A stretch of 64,000 nt of DNA from a virus (lineage: Duplodnaviria > Caudoviricetes): IMG/VR virus record IMGVR_UViG_3300042451_000960; one strand, 5' to 3'. Below, one piece after another: positions 47,142 to 53,566 of this stretch. Positions within the stretch are counted from its first letter, which is position 1; each line of letters begins with the position of its first letter. The notes below the pieces were generated by a model, which saw only the letters and a program-made list of their open reading frames with translations, made no database searches and had not been told where the DNA came from. The position numbers and the translations under genes are program-made.

Positions 47142-47603
47142 TTATTTATTTTTTAGAAAGACAACTAAAACCTCTCTATTTCCTTTTTTAATTGGTTTAA
47201 CTAAGTGTAGCTGATTTCCATTAAAAGCTATTATATCTCCTTTCACTAATGGAACATAATTTTTATCCAAATGAAATTCACCACCTTCAAATTCATCGTT
47301 TAGAATGAAAATAAAAGTTTTATTAGATGCACCAATATCACTATGTTCTTTTGCCCCTTCACCTTTTTTGTAATTTATATAATGAATTGATGTTATACAT
47401 TCATTAACATCATCTATTGGTATATTATTTTTTATAATATCTAGTAATTCATCATTTTTTAAATCACAAAAAAATCTTTCACTTTTTATGAAATATGGAC
47501 TATTTATATCATCTGAATTGCTAGGTACATATCTAGTATCATTACCATTTTTGTAAACCTCTTTTATTTTATTTATATCTTCAAATGAAATTTTATATTT
47601 CAT
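47142..47603 (-). CDS. 2OG-Fe(II) oxygenase (start reassigned to MKYKISF)
   Basis: EHSD (HxD), LNDEFEGGEF, H.V.PI.KGNR..LV. Confidence 0.8.
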   Translation of the reverse strand: MKYKISFEDINKIKEVYKNGNDTRYVPSNSDDINSPYFIKSERFFCDLKNDELLDIIKNNIPIDDVNECITSIHYINYKKGEGAKEHSDIGASNKTFIFILNDEFEGGEFHLDKNYVPLVKGDIIAFNGNQLHLVKPIKKGNREVLVVFLKNK

Positions 47604-47614
47604 AATATTTTTTG

Positions 47615-47686
47615 TTACCCGAACTGGACTCGAACCAATACGAACAGAATCAAAATCTGTGATGCTAACCATTACATCATCGGGCA
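47615..47686 (-). tRNA. tRNA-Gln(TTG)
   Basis: acaga-ttttgat-tctgt. Confidence 0.88.
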
Positions 47687-47773
47687 ATAAAACCCAAGCA
47701 AATTAATGCTTGAGTTTGTAGTAATTGAAAAACATCTATTCTTCTTGCGGCCTAATACTAACAGGCCCACTTG

Positions 47774-47846
47774 AGCGAGAGACCAGGCTCGAACTGGCCA
47801 CCTGAAGCTTGGAAGGCTACCGCTCTACCAAATGAGCTACTCTCGC
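47774..47846 (-). tRNA. tRNA-Gly(TCC)
   Basis: Loop cttccaa; U73. Confidence 0.9.
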
Positions 47847-47906
47847 TTTTGTGTAGGTGGGACTAACCTACTTCGGTTTTGTACTTCAACCATTAAAGTC
47901 CTTTTG

Positions 47907-47979
47907 AGCGGAAGACCAGGCTCGAACTGGCCACCCCAACCTTGGCAAGGTTGTGCTCTACCGAATGAGCTACTTCCGC
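47907..47979 (-). tRNA. tRNA-Gly(GCC)
   Basis: caacc-ttgccaa-ggttg; U73. Confidence 0.92.
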
Positions 47980-47987
47980 AATTTTTG

Positions 47988-48061
47988 TGGACCCACTTGG
48001 AATCGAACCAAGCACCTACTGATTATGAGTCAGTTGCTCTAACCGAATGAGCTATAGGTCC
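47988..48061 (-). tRNA. tRNA(CAT), Ile2-like (or elongator Met)
   Basis: actga-ctcataa-tcagt; GGACCT acceptor resembles Ile2. Confidence 0.85.
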
Positions 48062-48065
48062 GATG

Positions 48066-48139
48066 TGGAGAAGAAGGGAGTCGAACCCATGACCCTCTGC
48101 GTGCAAGGCAGATGCTCTAGCCAACTGAGCTACTTCCCC
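48066..48139 (-). tRNA. tRNA-Ala(TGC)
   Basis: tctgc-cttgcac-gcaga; G3:U70. Confidence 0.92.
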
Positions 48140-48149
48140 TAATTGAACG

Positions 48150-48235
48150 TACCGAGGATGGGAGTCGAACCCACACGAGCTATTTCTGCTCAAAAGATTT
48201 TAAGTCTTTCATGTCTACCATTCCATCACCTCGGC
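48150..48235 (-). tRNA. tRNA-Leu(TAA)
   Basis: aaaga-cttaaaa-tcttt; long variable arm. Confidence 0.9.
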
Positions 48236-48293
48236 GGCGATACTATTTCAAATAACTATACAAAGATACGAATAATATTTTAATTATCCTAAT

Positions 48294-48521
48294 TTAAAAT
48301 TTACCCCATTGAGATTTATTTCGGTTTCCTTCAGCTATCTTAAATCCTAGCCAAACCTCACCTAATAATCTTTTTATTTTTTTCAATAAGGTATTATCTT
48401 TTTTATAATTTTCAATAACTTCTTCTTGAATAAGTTCAATCGCTTTACCATATGAAATTTCTTCATTTTGCAATTTGATTTCTAAATCTCGTATGAATGC
48501 GGTTTTAATATACTTTGCCAT
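48294..48521 (-). CDS. Hypothetical protein
   Basis: ORF in tRNA array. Confidence 0.5.
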   Translation of the reverse strand: MAKYIKTAFIRDLEIKLQNEEISYGKAIELIQEEVIENYKKDNTLLKKIKRLLGEVWLGFKIAEGNRNKSQWGKF

Positions 48522-48554
48522 TTATTTTATATTTCACTTATCCAAATCTTTTCG

Positions 48555-48628
48555 TAGGGAATGCCAGATTCGAACTGACGACCTCTTGGTCCCAAACCAA
48601 GCGCGATACCGGGCTACGCTAATTCCCT
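48555..48628 (-). tRNA. tRNA-Pro(TGG)
   Basis: cttgg-tttggga-ccaag. Confidence 0.9.
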
Positions 48629-49065
48629 ATGTTTGCTACATTATATAACTTAACCTTTCTGATTTTTGTTCCTTTATCATCTGGGTTAATTAATATATCA
48701 ATCTTTTTTGTCCATCTCTTCGCCATTAAATCTCTGACGGTATATACACCATCTAATTTACCAGCACCCTTCACTCTTACTTTTTGTCCAAACTTATACT
48801 TTCGTTTCAGGTCTCTGCTTATTGCTATTACCTTTTGTTTCTTTGGATTAAGGCTATCCAATTTGTAACCACTTGCGGTAATTAATGGAGTTGAATCGGT
48901 TTCACCTTTAGATACAGTGTACGTTGTTACGGTCACTAAATCATAAGGTAACTTTTTCTTTTCTATTATTTCATCCACAACTTCTTCCTCACTCCTTTCA
49001 GAGTTATTTATATTATGCGGAATGAATAACAAAAAGAAGCATGTTACTAAAGTTACATTTTTCAT
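48619..49065 (-). CDS. 3D-domain (MltA-like) cell-wall protein with signal peptide
   Basis: TDSTP.ITASG, IAISRDL, V.DLM..RW...IDIL. Confidence 0.75.
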   Translation of the reverse strand: MKNVTLVTCFFLLFIPHNINNSERSEEEVVDEIIEKKKLPYDLVTVTTYTVSKGETDSTPLITASGYKLDSLNPKKQKVIAISRDLKRKYKFGQKVRVKGAGKLDGVYTVRDLMAKRWTKKIDILINPDDKGTKIRKVKLYNVANIGN

Positions 49066-49080
49066 GTCTTACTTTTTATT

Positions 49081-49157
49081 TGGTGATTCGGAAAGGATTC
49101 GAACCTTTGACCCACAGCTTAGAAGGCTGTTGCTCTATCCAACTGAGCTACCGAACC
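49081..49157 (-). tRNA. tRNA-Arg(TCT), CCA encoded
   Basis: acagc-cttctaa-gctgt. Confidence 0.92.
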
Positions 49158-49161
49158 AAAC

Positions 49162-49326
49162 AGTTGTTTCAACTTGCAAGTTTACTCTTAACATCTCTTT
49201 CTCTACAACGTCTGAACCTAATCTACATTTGTAGTCCGAATGTGGCGTTGGGTAATTACTCCATGCCTCTATGTAACTCTATGTGCCTTACCTTGTTACT
49301 AGGTGTGTTAAGTGTATGAAACAACT
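49162..49326 (-). ncRNA. Putative structured spacer RNA (~165 nt)
   Basis: Closing stems agttgtttca/tgaaacaact and cttaaca/tgttaag. Confidence 0.4.
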
Positions 49327-49327
49327 T

Positions 49328-49404
49328 AAAAGTATAATCACCTCACATCTGCAGGTGTTAAAGATTGCCGAGCTAATTGCATATACAATCTAATTATACC
49401 TTTT
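49328..49404 (-). ncRNA. Putative three-way-junction spacer RNA
   Basis: aaaagtataat/attatacctttt enclosing cacct/aggtg and agattg/caatct. Confidence 0.35.
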
Positions 49405-49405
49405 G

Positions 49406-49479
49406 CGGATTGTACGGGACTCGAACCCGTGAACTCCACCGTGACAGGGTGGCATGATAACCAACTTCACCAACAATCC
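49406..49479 (-). tRNA. tRNA-Asp(GTC)
   Basis: ccacc-ctgtcac-ggtgg; G73. Confidence 0.92.
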
Positions 49480-49554
49480 TTAATCACTAATTCACCTTTA
49501 TCCGCACCATCCATGTCATGCACTGGTTGACAAACACCTCAATGAATTAGTTTG

Positions 49555-49626
49555 AGCTTCCATCCGGAATCGAACCGAATTATCTTGATTACAAGTCAAG
49601 CGCATCGCCTGCAATGCTTTGGAAGC
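49555..49626 (-). tRNA. tRNA-Thr(TGT)
   Basis: cttga-cttgtaa-tcaag. Confidence 0.85.
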
Positions 49627-49631
49627 GTTTT

Positions 49632-49716
49632 GATAAGAGAATGTCCCAGCCGTTTCTTTCTCTTATCTAACATACACTAACAGCTAAATACGGCTTGACT
49701 GATTGTGATGTATGCT
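49632..49716 (-). ncRNA. Putative kissing-loop spacer RNA
   Basis: Two hairpins with complementary loops agccgt/acggct. Confidence 0.4.
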
Positions 49717-49720
49717 ATTG

Positions 49721-49792
49721 TACTCGGTACGGGAATCGAACCCGTATCACCACCGTGAAAGGGTGGTGTCCTAACCGTTAGACGAACCGAGC
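49721..49792 (-). tRNA. tRNA-Glu(TTC)
   Basis: ccacc-ctttcac-ggtgg. Confidence 0.92.
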
Positions 49793-49798
49793 ATAGAT

Positions 49799-49995
49799 GG
49801 GTTGATGTGGTGAATCAATAAGTTAATATGATTACCAATTAATAAGAGTTTTGAGTGTGTTGACATTGCGCGAATGTTGACTCTATCAAGATTTGAGAGT
49901 TGAAATTATTTAATCATCATCGTTTAATACTGATTGGCAATGCGTCAGATTTGCAAGATAATAATAAAAACAAATTTCATCACTCACATCTTCCC
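49799..49995 (-). ncRNA. Putative structured RNA (~197 nt) downstream of 50005-50433
   Basis: Ends pair: gggttgatgtggtga with tcactcacatcttccc. Confidence 0.35.
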
Positions 49996-50004
49996 AATTT
50001 TTTA

Positions 50005-50433
50005 TTAGATGGTTGTAGTTGCGTTATACACATCCAACTCATCCTGCAATCCCTCAATTTGATTTTCCAAATCTTTTATCATTTGGTCTTTTTGAGCGAT
50101 ATTAATTTCTACTTCTTTCACCGATTGGATTGAACCAAATCTTTCGGTTACTTTACCTTCTTCACAACTCATTCCTTTAAGTTGCTTTACCTTTCCTTTT
50201 AGCTCTGCCATTAGGAAAATCTTACCATATACAGGTTGGTTAGCCTGATGGATTTTAGTTTTTAAATCAACCAACTCTTTGGTCAATTCTTCTGCTTCAT
50301 TCAATACTCCATTTACGGAATATCTACGCAGGTTACCTTCCTCAATTGAGTTATGATTCTTAGCGATTTCATATAACGCTTTGATTTGAGTGGTAAGTTT
50401 GTTCTTTGCTTTTAAAGCCTGTTTTACGTTCAT
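50005..50433 (-). CDS. Coiled-coil protein, DIP1984-like
   Basis: M.VKQALK.K..L...LK.KI..AN...LQ..LD..NA.T. Confidence 0.55.
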   Translation of the reverse strand: MNVKQALKAKNKLTTQIKALYEIAKNHNSIEEGNLRRYSVNGVLNEAEELTKELVDLKTKIHQANQPVYGKIFLMAELKGKVKQLKGMSCEEGKVTERFGSIQSVKEVEINIAQKDQMIKDLENQIEGLQDELDVYNATTTI

Positions 50434-50496
50434 CTCTTTTATGTTTTAAGTTATACAAATATACGAATAATTTTTCAATTATCCAAATTATTTATG

Positions 50497-50586
50497 CGGA
50501 GAGTGAGAGATTCGAACTCTCGGTACAGATTAACTCCGTACAACGGTTTAGCAAACCGGCCCTTTCGGCCACTCAGGCAACTCTCC
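50497..50586 (-). tRNA. tRNA-Ser(GCT)
   Basis: Loop ttgctaa; long variable arm; G73. Confidence 0.9.
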
Positions 50587-50588
50587 GT

Positions 50589-50663
50589 TGGGGTGTAAGG
50601 ACGGTATCGAACCGTCTTATCTAGCTCCACAAACTAGCGCATCACCTTAATGCTTCAAACACC
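50589..50663 (-). tRNA. tRNA-His(GTG), G-1:C73, CCA encoded
   Basis: ctagt-ttgtgga-gctag; two U-U mismatches in acceptor. Confidence 0.8.
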
Positions 50664-50666
50664 ATT

Positions 50667-50738
50667 TGGTTGCGGGGCCAGGAATTGAACCTGAATATCT
50701 GGCTTATGAGACCAAACGGATTACCTAATCTCCCCACA
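50667..50738 (-). tRNA. Atypical tRNA(CAT) with truncated D-arm, CCA encoded
   Basis: tgtgggg/ccccgca acceptor; gatt-aggt-aatc D-arm; ctcataa loop. Confidence 0.65.
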
Positions 50739-50746
50739 ATATCAAG

Positions 50747-50817
50747 AGGCGAGTACAGGATTCGAACCTGTGTAAAAGTTTTTGCAGAACTTCATATCAC
50801 CACTCTAACAACTCGCC
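50747..50817 (-). tRNA. tRNA-Cys(GCA)
   Basis: aagtt-ctgcaaa-aactt; U73. Confidence 0.88.
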
Positions 50818-50825
50818 TTATTATG

Positions 50826-50898
50826 TAGCCCCTAAAGGATTCGAACCTTTAACCCAACGTCCGTAGCGTTGTGTGATAATCCATTTCACTAAAGAGCC
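50826..50898 (-). tRNA. tRNA-Arg(ACG)
   Basis: caacg-ctacgga-cgttg. Confidence 0.9.
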
Positions 50899-50903
50899 AA
50901 TTG

Positions 50904-50974
50904 CACGGGTAGTAGGATTCGAACCCACAACAACGGTTTTGGAGACCGGCATGATACCATTTCACTATACCCAT
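50904..50974 (-). tRNA. tRNA-Trp(CCA)
   Basis: Loop ctccaaa; G73. Confidence 0.88.
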
Positions 50975-50979
50975 GTGTG

Positions 50980-51053
50980 TTGGAGTAGCGGGATTCGAAC
51001 CTGCGGCATCTAACGTATCAGATTAGCGCTCTAACCAACTGAGCTATACTCCA
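50980..51053 (-). tRNA. tRNA-Ile(GAT)
   Basis: ctaat-ctgatac-gttag. Confidence 0.88.
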
Positions 51054-51128
51054 ATGTGATAGGTTTCCATCCTATCGTATAATGTGTACATCATTATTTT
51101 AACTCAATATTAAGTTCGGAACTTTTTG

Positions 51129-51202
51129 TGACCCCTAATGGATTCGAACCATTGACTCCTATATTAAAAGTATAGTGCTCTAACCAACTGAGCTAAGAGG
51201 TC
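51129..51202 (-). tRNA. tRNA-Lys(TTT)
   Basis: ctata-cttttaa-tatag. Confidence 0.9.
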
Positions 51203-51242
51203 TGACTTTTGTCATACTTGTCACTTTCCATAGTATTTGTTT

Positions 51243-51452
51243 TTAATTGTTATCTTCTAATTCTATTTTACAATATTCGTCCAATGATATTTTATCAAAT
51301 GTTATCCATTGTCCATTTCCAAAATCTACTGCGAACTTACCATCTTCTGGTAGATACGCAGTTACTATTCCTTTACTACCCATTTCAATTTTTCCTTTTG
51401 GTGTCACCAACTCTTTTATTAATGTACCAACTCCATGATTAAAATCTGCCAT
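51243..51452 (-). CDS. Small SH3-like hypothetical protein
   Basis: KG..G.V......KFAVDFG. Confidence 0.5.
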   Translation of the reverse strand: MADFNHGVGTLIKELVTPKGKIEMGSKGIVTAYLPEDGKFAVDFGNGQWITFDKISLDEYCKIELEDNN

Positions 51453-51474
51453 AATTGTTTTTTTAATTGTTAAG

Positions 51475-51547
51475 TGGTAATGAGTGGTATCGAACCACTT
51501 CCTAAAGATTTTCAGTCTTTCGCTTCTACCTAGTTAGCTTCATCACC
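51475..51547 (-). tRNA. tRNA-Phe(GAA)
   Basis: aaaga-ctgaaaa-tcttt. Confidence 0.9.
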
Positions 51548-51551
51548 GGTG

Positions 51552-51633
51552 TTGGGGTAGACGGACTCGAACCGCCGAACTCAAATGAGAGCTGATTTAC
51601 AGTCAGCCGCAATTGCCACTATGCGATACCCCA
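51552..51633 (-). tRNA. tRNA-Tyr(GTA)
   Basis: gctga-ctgtaaa-tcagc; long variable arm. Confidence 0.92.
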
Positions 51634-51638
51634 ATGGC

Positions 51639-51732
51639 GTTCCATATAACTCACATTTGATAGCCCTATCGTGCTACTCACTCAATCCTACAACAGCTTT
51701 CAACTGAGAGATTGTAGGAATGTGTATGGAAC
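51639..51732 (-). ncRNA. Putative 94-nt multibranch spacer RNA
   Basis: gttccata/tatggaac, cacat/atgtg, tcctacaa/ttgtagga stems. Confidence 0.45.
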
Positions 51733-51738
51733 ATGTTG

Positions 51739-51813
51739 TGGAAGTTACAGGATTCGAACCTATGACCCTCACGGTGTAAACGTGATGCTCTAAACCAGCT
51801 GAGCTAAACTTCC
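51739..51813 (-). tRNA. tRNA-Val(TAC)
   Basis: tcacg-tttacac-cgtga. Confidence 0.9.
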
Positions 51814-51822
51814 AACTTATCC

Positions 51823-51838
51823 CAATATGTCAAAGAAC
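51823..51838 (-). promoter_or_regulatory. boxA-like antitermination element
   Basis: Minus GTTCTTTGACATATTG; compare boxA GCTCTTTAACA. Confidence 0.6.
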
Positions 51839-51846
51839 ATATACTG

Positions 51847-51918
51847 CGCTCCCTCTTGGATTCGAACCAAGGACCAACAGATTAACAGTCTGCTGCGCTA
51901 CCGCTGCGCCAAAGGAGC
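51847..51918 (-). tRNA. tRNA-Asn(GTT)
   Basis: gcaga-ctgttaa-tctgt; G73. Confidence 0.92.
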
Positions 51919-51920
51919 TT

Positions 51921-51962
51921 AAAACGAAAAAACCTCTAACCGATTTGATTCAGTTAGAGGTC
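51921..51962 (-). terminator. Intrinsic terminator (attenuator) upstream of tRNA-Asn
   Basis: gacctctaactg-aatcaaat-cggttagaggtt plus ttttcgtttt. Confidence 0.8.
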
Positions 51963-51989
51963 TTTCTATGTTGTTTTAAGTATAATCTA

Positions 51990-52142
51990 TTACCAACCTG
52001 ATGCTTCCTCTAACTGTGTACAAATATAATCCACCTTGCCTAAGTTTGCCGGATTACTAATCGTACTAAACATACGAATGCCTGCCCACTCATTTCTCAA
52101 TGTAGGTTGCGAACAATTTGTATGTAGTGTTAAAGTTTTCAT
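51990..52142 (-). CDS. 50-aa putative leader peptide carrying an antiterminator
   Basis: MKTLTLHTNCSQPTLRNEWAGIRMFSTISNPANLGKVDYICTQLEEASGW; nt 52007-52016 complementary to terminator 5' arm. Confidence 0.7.
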   Translation of the reverse strand: MKTLTLHTNCSQPTLRNEWAGIRMFSTISNPANLGKVDYICTQLEEASGW

Positions 52143-52209
52143 CACTTTGTTATATTAATAAGTATATATAAATAATTTTTTCCGAATTGTTGTTAGTTTC
52201 ATCAGGCTT

Positions 52210-52237
52210 AAATAGGGGATGCCGAAGCACCCCCATC
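52210..52237 (-). terminator. UUCG-tetraloop hairpin, probable terminator
   Basis: ggggtgc-ttcg-gcatcccc-tattt on minus. Confidence 0.6.
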
Positions 52238-52291
52238 TAAGTTGTAATAAAAATTAAGATATGAAACGAACAACTTTTCAGTTGTTAGTAG

Positions 52292-52361
52292 AGCGGTGAA
52301 AGGAATTGAACCTCTCCTTTTCACTGGAATGTGAAATGTGCTACCGTAACACTTACACCGC
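52292..52361 (-). tRNA. Atypical Gly(TCC)-like tRNA with non-7-nt anticodon loop
   Basis: gcggtg/caccgc+U; tttcac-attcca-gtgaaa; T-loop ttcaatt. Confidence 0.55.
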
Positions 52362-52603
52362 ATAAATGGAAAGTTTTTTTGTAAGGTGGGAACTTTCCGA
52401 GCGCTTGCCTAACCACAGGTATCTATCGTGTCAACCATTTTCGTTTAGCCCTATTTGATAAGGGATTAACAGTCAAACTTACAAAAACCAGCCTATACTG
52501 TCTACATTAGTTTTGTTCTTTTAGGTCTACATAACTCTTTATTCTCAATAGGTGAACATTATGTAAAAGAAAGACCACGATAATTCATCTTACAGGATGA
52601 ATT

Positions 52604-53530
52604 TGCTCTCTCTATTGGAATCGAACCAATATACAACCATTGAGAAAGTAAAAACGTTGAGAATACACGTTGGGATAACTAGCTTTAGAAAGATTATTTT
52701 GATTCCTTTCGTTTCCACACCCTTTTGAGATGTACCAGTCAATGCAGGTTAGTAAAGTATAACCACTCTTAAAGTTGTAACTTACTCTCTTACTACTCCC
52801 CTTATTCAATCCTGCCGAACTGATTCAACCTTGCGGGTCTATAAGCTTTTCGTAAAAATCATAACCACCTTGCGGGCGTTTATGGCTGGGAACAACTCCC
52901 AACTATGTATGCACCTTTCGGTCACAACTGATGGACACTTATGCTTTATGTTTAATTATAGTTTTTCAAACCTAAATTGAAAATATAAAGTTTTGGTTTG
53001 TAGATTGATTCAGGTAGCGGTCCATCACCAGCTCCCCCATCTTTTGAACGAGAGAATACTAAACTACCCAATGCGTTATCTCAACGCCATACTTCAAGTC
53101 ATCTTCATTAATAGGGATTGGTGTCCCACATTAAAGGATAGTAACGCCACCACGCGTACACAGTCTTATCTTACGTCCTTTCGGATAGCTTGATTATCAA
53201 GACCACTTTGGTATTGAATCACGCAATAGTAAAAAGGGATTAGCTTTCTATGTCTTACAATAATTCTATGAGTTATTCTTATTGTTCTTCCGAACTCAAC
53301 CGAAGGTTCTACATACCCCCAGTTACCCAAACTCTTCTGCTACAGTGTTACCCTCACATACAAAGCCCAAGTAATATCTCACTTGCCTACTCAAGCTCAT
53401 AACCCTAAACGGATTACAAACCGCAAATCATTTAACCAAATGATTCACTTTATCCTACTTTCGTAGTTTATTTAATGACCATAGGCGGCCATCGTACACT
53501 ATGTAACACAAGGTTACTATGTGTAGTATC
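52604..53530 (-). ncRNA. Large (~0.9 kb) structured ncRNA, GOLLD-like
   Basis: No credible ORF; many GNRA hairpins; within tRNA array; follows promoter and boxA; 3' end is a T-arm/acceptor minihelix. Family identity from recalled resemblance only. Confidence 0.6.
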
Positions 53531-53532
53531 TT

Positions 53533-53548
53533 CAATATGTTAAAGAAC
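53533..53548 (-). promoter_or_regulatory. boxA-like antitermination element
   Basis: Minus GTTCTTTAACATATTG. Confidence 0.65.
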
Positions 53549-53566
53549 TTTTGTTTTAAGAACAGA

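Noticed and set aside
47604-47687. N-terminal extension of the 47142-47687 ORF
   Set aside because: Overlaps tRNA-Gln; true start is 47603
52612-53193. Short ORFs 52612-52809 and 52993-53193
   Set aside because: They lie inside the structured ncRNA, with no coding signature or motifs
52604-53530. tmRNA or RNase P RNA identity for the large ncRNA
   Set aside because: No GGGG 5' end with G3:U70 or tag frame; no GAGGAAAGUCC/P4 elements in the correct order
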